DNA of 63,428 nucleotides, counting the filler. It is 5 parts of 5 records of this genome, joined end to end, with 100 filler letters (N's around TTAATTAATTAA, not from the genome) between each part and the next. Parts side by side here need not be neighbours in the genome. Positions count along the whole stretch, not along the records: positions 19,797 to 49,204 come from DRR723986_4940; 4 more parts are not named here. The stretch is one strand, 5' to 3'. Each line of letters starts with the position of its first letter. The first letter of the stretch is position 1. The position numbers and the translations under genes were made by a program. The notes beneath the pieces were generated by a model. The model had not been told where the DNA came from. It was given only the letters and a program-made list of their open reading frames with translations, and did no database searches. Of the stretch, positions 22,096 through 32,028 are shown piece after piece.

Positions 22096-23442
22096 CTAGT
22101 CTTCCAGCTTGCTTTCCAGGTAGTGAATGCTGACGCCGCCGGCCTTGAAGGCGCGGTCGATCACCAGTTCCCGGTGCAGGGGCGTGTTGGTGCGGATGCC
22201 TTCCACGATCAGTTCATCCAGTGCCTGGCGCATACGGGCCAGGGCGCTGGCGCGGGTTTCCCCGTGGCTGATCACCTTGGCGACCAGGCTGTCGTAGAAG
22301 GGTGGCACCGTGTAGCCATCGTACAGGTGGGAATCCACCCGGATGCCCGGCCCGCCGGGGGCGTGGAAGGTGGTGACCTTGCCCGGTGAGGGCAGGAAGG
22401 TCTTGGGATCCTCGGCATTGATCCGGCACTCGAAGGCGTGACCGGTAAACACCACGTCCTCCTGGCGGAAGGACAGGGGCATGCCGCTGGCGATGCGCAG
22501 CTGTTCCTTGACGATATCGATGCCGGTGATCTGCTCGGTGACCGGGTGTTCAACCTGGACCCGGGTATTCATCTCGATGAAGTAGAACCCACCGTCCTCG
22601 TACAGGAATTCGAAGGTGCCGGCGCCCCGGTAGCCCATCTCGATACAGGCGCTGACGCAGGCTTCCGCCACCTGCTGGCGCAGGTGATCGTCGATGCCCG
22701 GTGCCGGGGCCTCTTCCAGAACTTTCTGGTGGCGGCGCTGCAGGGAGCAGTCCCGGTCGCCGAGGTGAATCGCGTTGCCCTGGCCGTCGGCGAGCACCTG
22801 GATCTCGACATGCCGGGGCTTCTGCAGGAATTTCTCCAGGTAGACCACGTCCGAGCCGAAGGCTGCAGCGGCTTCCGTCTGGGTGACCTGTACCGAGTTC
22901 AGCAGCGCCGCCTCGTTGTGGACTACCCGCATCCCGCGGCCGCCGCCGCCGGCCGCGGCCTTGACGATAACCGGGAAGCCGATCCGGCGCGCGATTTCCA
23001 GGGTGCGGTCCTCATCGTCGGTCAGCGGACCGTCGGAGCCGGGCACCGTTGGTACCCCGGACTTCTTCATGGCCGCGATCGCGGATACCTTGTCTCCCAT
23101 CAGGCGAATGGTATCGGCGGTGGGACCAATGAACACGAAACCGCTTTTCTCTACCTGCTCGGCGAAATCCGCGTTTTCCGCCAGGAAGCCGTAGCCGGGG
23201 TGAATGCCGCCGGCATTGGTGATTTCCGCTGCGCTGATGATCGCCGGCACGTTGAGGTAGCTCTCGGTGGAGGCCGGGGGGCCGATACAGACTGCTTCAT
23301 CAGCCATCTTCACGTGCATCAGTTCGCGGTCCGCGCGGGAATGGACGGCGACGGTGGCGATGCCCATTTCCTTGCAGGCTCGCAGTATCCGTAGCGCGAT
23401 CTCGCCGCGGTTGGCAATCAGCACCTTTTCCAGCATGGCCAT
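22096..23442 (-). CDS. accC: Acetyl-CoA carboxylase, biotin carboxylase subunit
   Basis: [26 protein letters not shown] and [10 protein letters not shown]. Confidence 0.97.
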   Translation of the reverse strand: MAMLEKVLIANRGEIALRILRACKEMGIATVAVHSRADRELMHVKMADEAVCIGPPASTESYLNVPAIISAAEITNAGGIHPGYGFLAENADFAEQVEKSGFVFIGPTADTIRLMGDKVSAIAAMKKSGVPTVPGSDGPLTDDEDRTLEIARRIGFPVIVKAAAGGGGRGMRVVHNEAALLNSVQVTQTEAAAAFGSDVVYLEKFLQKPRHVEIQVLADGQGNAIHLGDRDCSLQRRHQKVLEEAPAPGIDDHLRQQVAEACVSACIEMGYRGAGTFEFLYEDGGFYFIEMNTRVQVEHPVTEQITGIDIVKEQLRIASGMPLSFRQEDVVFTGHAFECRINAEDPKTFLPSPGKVTTFHAPGGPGIRVDSHLYDGYTVPPFYDSLVAKVISHGETRASALARMRQALDELIVEGIRTNTPLHRELVIDRAFKAGGVSIHYLESKLED

Positions 23443-23474
23443 GTCCGTTTCCTCGGGTGGTGGTGCGATGCGGC

Positions 23475-23942
23475 TTAAACGATGGCGACCAGCGGCTGGT
23501 CGAATTCGACGGGCTCGCCGTTCTCGACCAGGATGGCTTCAACCGTACCGGCTTTGTCGGCCTCGATCTGGTTCATCATCTTCATGGCCTCGACGATACA
23601 CAGCACGTCGCCGACCTTGACCGTCTGGCCAACCTCGACAAAGGCCGGGGCGCTGGGCGACGGCGAACGGTAGAAGGTGCCCACCATGGGCGAAACCACC
23701 AGATGACCGTTGCTCACCGGGGCTGCCGCCGGGGCTTCGGCTGCCGCAGCCGGCGCAGCTGGCGCCGCAACCGGGGCGGGTGCTTCCGGTGCCGCTACCG
23801 GCGCTGGCGCGTAGACCGGGGCCGCGGCCCTGGCGCCGTTGCGGCTGATCCGCACCGCTTCTTCGCCTTCTTTTATCTCGATCTCATCGATGTTGGATTC
23901 CTCCAACAGTTCAATCAGCTTCTTAACCTTGCGAATATCCAT
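23475..23942 (-). CDS. accB: Biotin carboxyl carrier protein
   Basis: [12 protein letters not shown], an Ala/Pro linker, SPMVGTFY and the EAMKM biotin site. Confidence 0.97.
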   Translation of the reverse strand: MDIRKVKKLIELLEESNIDEIEIKEGEEAVRISRNGARAAAPVYAPAPVAAPEAPAPVAAPAAPAAAAEAPAAAPVSNGHLVVSPMVGTFYRSPSPSAPAFVEVGQTVKVGDVLCIVEAMKMMNQIEADKAGTVEAILVENGEPVEFDQPLVAIV

Positions 23943-23968
23943 AGTCGGGTCTCTTCAACGCGGGTTGA

Positions 23969-24409
23969 TCACTGCTCAAGGTGCTGCAGGGCGGCCTGCA
24001 GGCCGAATTCGTAGCCCTGTGCGCCGAGGCCGCAGATCACGCCCACGGCCAGGTCGGAAAAATAGGAGTGCTGCCGGAACGCTTCCCGTGCGTGCACGTT
24101 GGACAGGTGAATCTCGATAAAAGGGATGACCACTGCCGCCAGGGCGTCGCGCAGGGCGACACTGGTATGGGTGAAGGCGGCCGGGTTGATCAGGATGAAG
24201 TTGACGCCTTCGTGGCGGGCGTCCTGGACGCGCTCGACCAGCTCGTATTCGGCGTTACTCTGCATGGCAAGCAAGTGGTGGCCGCGCTCCCGGGCCTGCA
24301 GTTCCAGCCCGGTATTGATGTCGTTGAGCGTGGTGCTGCCATAGATCTCAGGCTCCCGTTCACCGAGCAGGTTCAGGTTGGGACCGTGCAGAACAAGGAT
24401 GGTGGCCAT
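23969..24409 (-). CDS. aroQ: Type II 3-dehydroquinate dehydratase
   Basis: [27 protein letters not shown] and EIHLSN. Confidence 0.96.
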   Translation of the reverse strand: MATILVLHGPNLNLLGEREPEIYGSTTLNDINTGLELQARERGHHLLAMQSNAEYELVERVQDARHEGVNFILINPAAFTHTSVALRDALAAVVIPFIEIHLSNVHAREAFRQHSYFSDLAVGVICGLGAQGYEFGLQAALQHLEQ

Positions 24410-24625
24410 GCTGTAGGAACTCCCGGTCAGGAGGCGCGATGGGGCGAAGTGTGGACCAAAATTGCCGGACTGTCTACTTAGGCGGGAGGTTTTGCAGGAA
24501 TTAGCGGCATTTGTCTGCCGATTTAACGAAGATAGCCCGCTTTTGCCGGCTATCCCTCGTGCCGGGCCGGGACCGGGCTGACTCCCGGCAGCGATGGGAA
24601 AGTGTCGGTTTTGAGGGCGATATGC

Positions 24626-26368
24626 CTAAAACGTGGCGGCAACGTCGCTGTTCTTGACGGATACGGCCTGTAGGGCCTCAAGCACCGTCGCCCGGGACAG
24701 GATTTGCGGCAGGATTAGCGGTGCCGCCCCGGAATCCGCCGGATACATCAGGTACAGGGGGATACCGGTGCGGCCATGGCCCTCGATGAAGCGGGCGATG
24801 GCGGGATCGTAATTGGTCCAGTCGGCGATCATGTAGACCACCCCGTGCTCAGCGAACGCGGCGCGCATCTCGTCGGTGAACAGCACCGCCTGTTCGTTGG
24901 CGATGCAGGTGATGCACCAGTCCGCGGTAACGTCGACGAATACCGGCTGCCCGGCGCGGCGCAGGTCCTCAATGGCCTGCTCGGACCAGGCCACCGTGCC
25001 CTCAACGGACTGGTCGACAGCGCCGTTACCCGGTGCGCGCCAGGCGCCCATGCCTATCGCCAGGGCGATGCAGCCCAGGGCCAGGGCCCGGCGCCAGCCG
25101 CCACGGTTCCACAGCCACAGGCCCAGGGCCAGCATGAGGGCCCCAGCAAGCGCTACCGCCATGGTATCTACCCCGGCCTGGCGGCCGGCGACCCAGAGCA
25201 GCCAGATCGCGGTGGCATAAAGGGGGAAGGCGAGAACTTCCTTGATGGTTTCCATCCAGGCCCCCGGACGCGGCATGATACGCCTGGCCAGGTCACTGTA
25301 GGCCAGTAGAACCAGGGGCGCGGCCATGCCGGCGCCGAGTGCGGCAAACACCAGCAGTCCAATGGCCGGGGTTTGGGTAATGGCAAAGCCGAGGGCGGTG
25401 CCCATGAACGGGGCAGTGCAGGGGCTGGCGACGACTACCGCCAGCACGCCGGTGAAAAAGCTGCCGGCATTGCCTTCCCGGGCGGCCAGGCCGCCACCGA
25501 GGTTCATCAGCCCGCCGCCCAGTTGCACCACACCGGACAGCGCCAGGCCCATGGCAACGAACAGGTAGGCCAGGGCAATGACAAAGCCCGGGGATTGCAG
25601 CTGGAAGCCCCAGCCGATGGCGTTGCCGGCCTGCTGCAGCAGGATCAGCACGCCGGCGACGAGGACGAAGCTGGCGACCACGCCCAGCGCGTAATACCAG
25701 GCGTGGGTGCGGTGGTCGTGTTCCGGGCCGCGGGTGAAACTGAGTACCTTGAGGGACAGGATGGGAAACACGCAGGGCATCAGGTTGAGAATGGCGCCGC
25801 CGATAAACGCCAGTACCAGCATGTAGGCGAGGGTGCCGATATTCAGCGGGTCATTGGCCGGCTGCCCAGCATTTGCAGATATTACAGAGTTAGTTAGCGC
25901 TTGCTCACTAACCGCGCCGCTGGCGAAGTCGACACGAAATAACTGGGTGCGGGGCGGGTAGCACAGGCCGGCGTCCGCGCAGCCCTGGGAGCTCACGCTG
26001 AGCTGCGCCACCTCGGGTTTGCGGCCCGGGACCAGGGTGAGATCCACATCGGTGTAGTAGACCCGCACATCGCCGAAGTACTCGTCGGTGTGTTCCAGCG
26101 CCGGCGGTAACTGCACGTCCAGCGGGATATCGCCGGAGCCGTCGCGGAGACTGAAGGCGAAGCGATGCTGGTACAGGTAGTAGGCGTCGGCAATCTGCCA
26201 GTACAGGCGCAGGCTGTTATCGGCCTGCACCTCAATGTCCAGTCGGTAGGCCTCCTCCACGGGCAGGAAGTCGGGCCCGCTTGCCTGGAAACCGAAGGGG
26301 TCCGCACCACCCGCCGCGGGGGCAAGGCTGCTGGCAAAAATAAGCAGGGCAGCGAACAGGGCGCGCAT
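24626..26368 (-). CDS. dsbD: DsbD-family thiol:disulfide interchange protein
   Basis: Signal peptide, QGCADAGLCY, TM Cys motifs LMPCV and ASPCTAP, and thioredoxin ADWCITC. Confidence 0.88.
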   Translation of the reverse strand: MRALFAALLIFASSLAPAAGGADPFGFQASGPDFLPVEEAYRLDIEVQADNSLRLYWQIADAYYLYQHRFAFSLRDGSGDIPLDVQLPPALEHTDEYFGDVRVYYTDVDLTLVPGRKPEVAQLSVSSQGCADAGLCYPPRTQLFRVDFASGAVSEQALTNSVISANAGQPANDPLNIGTLAYMLVLAFIGGAILNLMPCVFPILSLKVLSFTRGPEHDHRTHAWYYALGVVASFVLVAGVLILLQQAGNAIGWGFQLQSPGFVIALAYLFVAMGLALSGVVQLGGGLMNLGGGLAAREGNAGSFFTGVLAVVVASPCTAPFMGTALGFAITQTPAIGLLVFAALGAGMAAPLVLLAYSDLARRIMPRPGAWMETIKEVLAFPLYATAIWLLWVAGRQAGVDTMAVALAGALMLALGLWLWNRGGWRRALALGCIALAIGMGAWRAPGNGAVDQSVEGTVAWSEQAIEDLRRAGQPVFVDVTADWCITCIANEQAVLFTDEMRAAFAEHGVVYMIADWTNYDPAIARFIEGHGRTGIPLYLMYPADSGAAPLILPQILSRATVLEALQAVSVKNSDVAATF

Positions 26369-26538
26369 GAAGTCTCCAGTGTCGTTGAGGCGCCCACGCT
26401 GGGGCGGCGTTATTGTAGCAGCGTCCCCGGATCCTCCCAATGGCATTGGCGGAACCTGCCAGCCAGCAGGTGGAGCATCTGGTCTATAGTGGTAGAGTCC
26501 CGACGGGCACTGAAAGTTTCATAGGAAATAGAGGCACT

Positions 26539-27000
26539 ATGCGTACGAAAATCAGCCTGACCGGCCTGCTGGCCCTGATGACTCTGCCTTCTCTGGCAGC
26601 AGCTGAATTGCAGCTCTCCGACGCCTGGGTGCGGGCGCTGCCGCCGGTACAGAAGGTTACTGCAGGCTACCTGACGATCAGTAACCCGGGATCCACTGCG
26701 GTGGTGATCACCGGGGGGAGTAGCGAGCTGGCCGAGCGGGTGGAACTGCACACCAGTCGCGAGGTAGACGGGATGATGCGGATGGAGCCTTTGCCGGCCC
26801 TGACGGTGGGGCCGGGCGAGCGCGTGGCGCTGGCTCCCGGCGGCCATCACCTGATGTTACTGGGCCTGGAACGCATGCCGCAGCCGGGAGAAACGGTTAA
26901 GCTGTGCCTCACGGTCAGCGGCGAGGAAGCCGCCTGTACCACGGCGGATGTACGCCAGGGCCCCCCGGATGGCGGGCATCATCATCACCAACACCACTGA
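26539..27000 (+). CDS. Periplasmic copper chaperone PCuAC
   Basis: Signal peptide, AWVRA, the ELH-x10-M-x21-HLM copper motif and a His-rich C-tail. Confidence 0.9.
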   Translation: MRTKISLTGLLALMTLPSLAAAELQLSDAWVRALPPVQKVTAGYLTISNPGSTAVVITGGSSELAERVELHTSREVDGMMRMEPLPALTVGPGERVALAPGGHHLMLLGLERMPQPGETVKLCLTVSGEEAACTTADVRQGPPDGGHHHHQHH

Positions 27001-27018
27001 TTAGAGGGAGCAAGCGGT

Positions 27019-28068
27019 ATGAGCAATGGCGGCGGGTCGGGACTCTGGCAACGGGCGCGCGATTTCGGGGACGATTACCTGGCGGGGGGTGGCCTGCGCT
27101 GGTTGGGTGGCGTCCTCGCACTCTATCTGTTGCTCGCCATGCTGGTAGGGATCTACTGGAGCATGACGCCGGAGCGCTTCGACGTGCGGGAGAAGGCAGC
27201 CGCCTACGCCGCCGCCAGTGGCGGCACGGTGGTCACCGGCTCGGTTACGACGGCATCGCTTATGGGCGTTATGGAAACCCTGCTCGACAAGCCGGGCGGT
27301 TACCTGCACAACGACATCTTCCCGCCGGGCATCTGGCTGGACAACATTCCCAACTGGGAATACGGGGTCCTGATCCAGTCCCGTGACCTCGCCCGCGCCC
27401 TGCGCGAGGTGCTGAGCCGCTCCCAGTCCCAGTCCAAAGAGGATGCTGACCTGGCGATGGCGGAGCCGCGCTTCAACTTCCAGTCCGACAGCTGGATCCT
27501 GCCGGCGACGGAATCCGAGTATCGGACCGGCCTGAAATACACCCACAATTACTTCAAGCGGCTGTCCGATGTGAACGCGCCAAACGCCCAGTTCTACGCC
27601 CGGGCGGATAACCTGCGCTACTGGTTGACCATTGTCGACACGCGCCTGGGCAGCCTGTCCCAGCGCCTGACCGCCAGCGTCGGCCAGCGGCGCCTGAACA
27701 TCGATCTCGCCGGCGACGACGTCGCGACCCAGTCGACCAGCGCACCGGATGACATGATGGTGCAAACACCGTGGACCGAGATTGACGACGTATTCTTCGA
27801 GGCGCGGGGCGCCGCCTGGGCCCTGATTCACTTCCTCAAGGCGGCGGAGGTGGATTTCGCCGATGTGCTGGCGAAGAAGAATGCCACGGTGAGCCTGCAG
27901 CAGATCATTCGTGAACTGGAGGCGACCCAGGAAACTGTGTGGAGCCCGATGATTCTCAATGGCACCGGTTTCGGCCTGCTGGCCAATCACTCGCTGGTGA
28001 TGGCGTCCTATATCAGCCGGGCCAATGCCGCCATTATCGATCTTCGGGATTTGCTGGCCCAGGGCTGA
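27019..28068 (+). CDS. Membrane-anchored conserved protein (DUF2333-like)
   Basis: One N-terminal TM, KPGGYLHND...LDNIPNWEYGV and DDVFFEARG. The family call is from recall. Confidence 0.7.
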   Translation: MSNGGGSGLWQRARDFGDDYLAGGGLRWLGGVLALYLLLAMLVGIYWSMTPERFDVREKAAAYAAASGGTVVTGSVTTASLMGVMETLLDKPGGYLHNDIFPPGIWLDNIPNWEYGVLIQSRDLARALREVLSRSQSQSKEDADLAMAEPRFNFQSDSWILPATESEYRTGLKYTHNYFKRLSDVNAPNAQFYARADNLRYWLTIVDTRLGSLSQRLTASVGQRRLNIDLAGDDVATQSTSAPDDMMVQTPWTEIDDVFFEARGAAWALIHFLKAAEVDFADVLAKKNATVSLQQIIRELEATQETVWSPMILNGTGFGLLANHSLVMASYISRANAAIIDLRDLLAQG

Positions 28069-28081
28069 ACCGGGTTCTGCG

Positions 28082-28432
28082 TCAGTCCCGGCGCCGGTCG
28101 TAACGCAGGCGGGTGCCGGTATCCAGGGACAGGCGGATTTCCGTTGCGCTGATCTCCTCCGGGAAGTAGGTTCCGGAGAGCTTGGCGTCCAGCAGACTGG
28201 CCCCTTCCAGATTGGTGTTGCGGAAGTCGATTCCACTCAGGTCGGAGTTGCGGAAGTAGGAATTGCTGAAATCCAGGCCGTCGGCATTCATGTTGCGCAG
28301 GTCGCGGCCACGGTAGTCACCGCTCTTCAGTTCACCGGTATCGAGCTTGTCACGCTGCTCATTAAAGCCCTTGATGTCCTCGTTGCGCAGCAGCTGGTAT
28401 AAGGGATCTTGCTTGATGACGGGCTTGCTCAT
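28082..28432 (-). CDS. Pentapeptide repeat protein
   Basis: GDYRG/RDLRN/LDFSN/SYFRN/SDLSG/IDFRN/TNLEG/ASLLD/AKLSG repeats, GAAGG SD. Confidence 0.88.
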   Translation of the reverse strand: MSKPVIKQDPLYQLLRNEDIKGFNEQRDKLDTGELKSGDYRGRDLRNMNADGLDFSNSYFRNSDLSGIDFRNTNLEGASLLDAKLSGTYFPEEISATEIRLSLDTGTRLRYDRRRD

Positions 28433-28532
28433 GGAATGACCTTCTGGCGTTGTCGGGGCTGGTAGCGAGGGTTCAGCGAGCTCAAGCTTAAGCCAGAGCG
28501 GCGTTGATGGGTAGGGTGAAGGAGACAAAAGC

Positions 28533-30887
28533 TTGGCCCCGAGCACCTTTCATGGATTCCTGCTGACCCGTCAGTGGCGCGACACCGCTGACGGGGTTGA
28601 GCTGGAATTCTGGTTCGCCACCGATCAGGGACCCCTGCGGGCCATGGTGCGCGGTGAACGCAGCGTGTTTTTTCTCCGTCAGCAGGAACTCGACAAGGCC
28701 CGGCCGGCGCTCGCTGCCGAGCGCGGCCATGAGCTGCGCCCGGTTGCCCTGCGGGCCTTCGACACCGAGCCGGTCGCAGCGCTCTACTTTCCCTCCCATA
28801 AGCAGGCCCGCCAGTGTGCTGACCACCTGCGCGCACGCGGCCTCGACCCGCTGGAGGCGGATATCAACCCGGCGGAGCGTTACCTGATGGAGCGCTTCAT
28901 CACCGGCAGTGCGGAACTGCAGGGTGAACCGCGCCGGGACGGCACCAGCCTGCTGCTGGAGCAACCGCAGCTGCGCGCCGCCGACTACCGGCCCACCCTG
29001 CGGGTGGCCTCGGTGGATATCGAAACCGCGATGGAAGGGGTTCAGCTGTACTCGATCGGCATCCATGCCAGGAGTGCCGAAGGGGAGCTGCGCAAGGTAT
29101 TCATGGTCGGGGAGGGGGCCGCCCAGGACTGGGTGGAGAGCTGTTCTTCCCAGCGGGATGTCCTGGAGCGCTTCTTTGGCTGGCTGCGGGACTGGGACCC
29201 CGACGTGCTGATCGGCTGGAACGTGATCAATTTTGATATGTGGTACCTGCAGCGGGTCGCCGAGGAGCTGGGGGTGAAGCTGGCCATGGGGCGCGGCGGT
29301 CGGCCGGCTCACTGGCGCAGCCTGGATGACGAGGGCGAGCGGCGCACGGTGCAGCTGCCGGGACGCCTGGTACTGGACGGTATCGAGCTGCTGCGCGCCG
29401 CCTTCTACCGGTTCGAGAGCTTCTCCCTGGAGCATGTGTCGCGGGAACTGCTGGGGGAGGGCAAGTTGCTCCATGGCAGCGGGCGCGGTGAAGAAATTAC
29501 CCAGCTCTTTCTCGCGGACAAGACCCGCCTGGCCGACTACAACCTGAAGGACTGCGAGCTGGTGTCCGACATCTTCGACACCACCCACCTGATGGACTTT
29601 GCCGTTGCCCGCAGCGCGATGACCGGGCTTAACATCGACCGCCTCGGGGGTTCGGTGGCTTCTTTCGACAACCTGTATCTGCCGCGCCTGCATCGCCGCG
29701 GCCACGTGGCCCCGAATGCACCCCGGGAGCCGGCGGACAGCCCCGGCGGCTTCGTGCTCGACTCGCAGCCGGGCATTTACGACCACGTGCTGGTGCTCGA
29801 TTTCAAGAGCCTGTACCCCAGCATCATCCGCACCTTCTGTATCGATCCGCTGGGGCTGGCCCTGGGCGTCTCCGGTGAACTGGCAGAGGCACAGACAGTC
29901 ACCGGCTTCCGGGGTGCGCGCTTTGCCCGCGAGGGCCATATCCTGCCCGACCTGATCGCCAGCCTGTGGCAGCAGCGCGATGCCGCCAAGGCCAGTGACG
30001 ACCAGCCCCTGTCCCAGGCGATCAAGATCATCATGAACTCCTTCTATGGAGTGCTCGGCTCTCCGGGTTGCCGCTTCTTCGACCCGCGGCTGGCCAGCTC
30101 CATTACCTTGCGCGGTCACCAGATCCTGCAGGAAACCCGCGACTACATCGAACAGGCCGGGCACCGGGTAATCTACGGGGATACCGACTCGGTGTTTGTC
30201 TGGATCCACGAGGCGCAGGACGATGCGGCGGCCGTTGCCGCCGGCAGGATACTGGAGCGGGACCTCAACGCCTGGTGGCGCGAGCGTATCCGTGGCGAGT
30301 TTGGGCTGGAGAGCGTGTTGGAGCTGGAGTTCGAAACCCATTACCAGCGCTTTCTCATGCCCACGGTGCGCGGCTCGGACAAGGGCAGCAAGAAGCGCTA
30401 CGCCGGAGTGATTGCAGGGGCGGAGGGACCCCGCTTGGTGTTCAAGGGCCTGGAGAATGTGCGAACCGACTGGACCCGGCTGGCGCGCAGTTTCCAGGAG
30501 GAGCTTTACCGGCGGGTGTTCCTCGGCGAACCCTTCGAGGATTACGTCAAGCAGCTGGTGGCGGCGGTGCTGGATGGCGAGCGCGATGCAGAACTGGTGT
30601 ACCGCAAGCGCCTGCGCCGGCGACTGGATGAATACGAGAAGAATGTGCCGCCGCACGTGCAGGCCGCGCGCCTGGGTGAATCACGGGGCCTGGAGACTCC
30701 GCGGCGCGGCGCCTGGGTGGAGTATGTGATCACCACCAGCGGTGCCGAGCCGGCGCAGCAGCCGCTGGCGCCGCTGGACTACCAGCATTACATCGATCGG
30801 CAGTTACAGCCGGTGGCTGACGGGATTCTCGGCTTTGCCGGCACCTCGTTCGCGACCCTGGTCGACCAGCAGTTCGCGCTGTTCTGA
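28533..30887 (+). CDS. polB: DNA polymerase II (family B)
   Basis: DIET exonuclease motif, DFKSLYPS, KIIMNSFYG and YGDTDS. TTG start with AAGGAG SD. Confidence 0.95.
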   Translation: MAPSTFHGFLLTRQWRDTADGVELEFWFATDQGPLRAMVRGERSVFFLRQQELDKARPALAAERGHELRPVALRAFDTEPVAALYFPSHKQARQCADHLRARGLDPLEADINPAERYLMERFITGSAELQGEPRRDGTSLLLEQPQLRAADYRPTLRVASVDIETAMEGVQLYSIGIHARSAEGELRKVFMVGEGAAQDWVESCSSQRDVLERFFGWLRDWDPDVLIGWNVINFDMWYLQRVAEELGVKLAMGRGGRPAHWRSLDDEGERRTVQLPGRLVLDGIELLRAAFYRFESFSLEHVSRELLGEGKLLHGSGRGEEITQLFLADKTRLADYNLKDCELVSDIFDTTHLMDFAVARSAMTGLNIDRLGGSVASFDNLYLPRLHRRGHVAPNAPREPADSPGGFVLDSQPGIYDHVLVLDFKSLYPSIIRTFCIDPLGLALGVSGELAEAQTVTGFRGARFAREGHILPDLIASLWQQRDAAKASDDQPLSQAIKIIMNSFYGVLGSPGCRFFDPRLASSITLRGHQILQETRDYIEQAGHRVIYGDTDSVFVWIHEAQDDAAAVAAGRILERDLNAWWRERIRGEFGLESVLELEFETHYQRFLMPTVRGSDKGSKKRYAGVIAGAEGPRLVFKGLENVRTDWTRLARSFQEELYRRVFLGEPFEDYVKQLVAAVLDGERDAELVYRKRLRRRLDEYEKNVPPHVQAARLGESRGLETPRRGAWVEYVITTSGAEPAQQPLAPLDYQHYIDRQLQPVADGILGFAGTSFATLVDQQFALF

Positions 30888-30912
30888 CCGTGTCCCCGCG
30901 CCCGGCGCTGGC

Positions 30913-31914
30913 TCAGCTGCCGAAGAACTCCGCGCGCAGCGCGGGGTAGTCCACCGCCGGCAGTCGCGGGCCGTAATTGGCAACAATCTTGCCGGCGGCC
31001 AGGCTGGCGAAGCGCCCCGCCGTGGGAAAATCCTCGCCGTTGGTGATCGCGTACAGGAAGGCCCCGGCAAACATGTCGCCGGCGCCGTTGCTGTCTACCG
31101 CGTGTACCCGGTGCGGTGGAATGTCGTGCAGGGTGTCGCCGTCGTAGGCCAGGGCCCCCTGGGAGCCACGGGTAATGACGAAGCTGCGGGCGATGCCCTT
31201 GAGCGCGGCAATGGCGGCATCGAGGTCCTTGGTCTGGCCCCAGCCCAGCGCTTCCTCTTCGTTGCAGAACACCAGGTCCACGCCGTTGCCCAGCATCTCG
31301 CTGAGCCCGTCACGGAAGAATTCCACCATGCCCGGGTCGGAAAGGCTCAGGGAGGTCTTCACCCCGGCGGCCTCTGCCAGTTCGCGCGCCTTGACTGCGG
31401 CGGCCCGGCCGGTGGGTGAGGTCACAAGGTAGCCCTCGACATACAGGTATTCCGAATCGGCGATGGCTGTGTGGTCCAGCTCGGCCACCGACAGGGTTTC
31501 GGAAATACCGAGGAAGGTGTTCATGCTGCGCTCGGCGTCGGGGGAGATCAGTACCAGGCATTTGCCGGTGGTTCCATCGGCGCGACCGTTGCGCAGGCAG
31601 TGGTCGACGCCGGCGGCCTCCAGGTCGGCGATGTAGATATCGCCATCGGTGTCGTTGGCCACCTTGCAGCTCATGAAAGTCGGGCCGCCGAACTGGGCAG
31701 TGGCGATCATCGAGTTACCGGCGCTGCCGCCGCTGGCATGGCTGGCCTTGACCAGGTGGCCCTCGAGGTGCCCCAGCAGTTCCGCCTGGCGAGCCTCGTC
31801 GACCAGGGTCATCATGCCCTTGTCGACGTTCATCTGGGCCAGTTCCCGGTCCTCGACCTTGATCTCGGTATCCACCAGCGCGGCGCCCATGCCGTAAACC
31901 TTGTACTTCTTCAT
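30913..31914 (-). CDS. PfkB-family sugar/adenosine kinase
   Basis: GGSAGN, FCNEEEA and the DSNGAGDMF signature. Confidence 0.88.
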   Translation of the reverse strand: MKKYKVYGMGAALVDTEIKVEDRELAQMNVDKGMMTLVDEARQAELLGHLEGHLVKASHASGGSAGNSMIATAQFGGPTFMSCKVANDTDGDIYIADLEAAGVDHCLRNGRADGTTGKCLVLISPDAERSMNTFLGISETLSVAELDHTAIADSEYLYVEGYLVTSPTGRAAAVKARELAEAAGVKTSLSLSDPGMVEFFRDGLSEMLGNGVDLVFCNEEEALGWGQTKDLDAAIAALKGIARSFVITRGSQGALAYDGDTLHDIPPHRVHAVDSNGAGDMFAGAFLYAITNGEDFPTAGRFASLAAGKIVANYGPRLPAVDYPALRAEFFGS

Positions 31915-32028
31915 GCCTGACCAACCTTGTTTGAATCAGTCGGCCATTATCCTGATCTCGACCTGATTTGAAAGCTGTTGCAGGTAAAGCCGCAAACCCG
32001 GACCGAAGTTGCGGTAAACTCGCGCCCA

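Noticed and set aside
23715-23835. GC-rich quasi-repeats in accB, and R/S repeats at 49960-50110
   Set aside because: These are low-complexity protein linkers or tails, not DNA repeat arrays.
28082-28432. Qnr/MfpA-type quinolone resistance protein
   Set aside because: It has only about nine pentapeptides in 116 aa and sits in a core chromosomal context. Repeats alone do not support that function.
28433-28532. LexA box upstream of polB
   Set aside because: The only CTG...CAG pair has 12 rather than 10 intervening nt, and there is no CTGT-N8-ACAG.
28488-30656. Long antisense ORFs (also 31936-33522, 37391-39370, 50675-52996, 53998-55644 and 7000-8163)
   Set aside because: They are shadows of well-supported genes in GC-rich DNA with strong codon bias and show no recognisable motifs.
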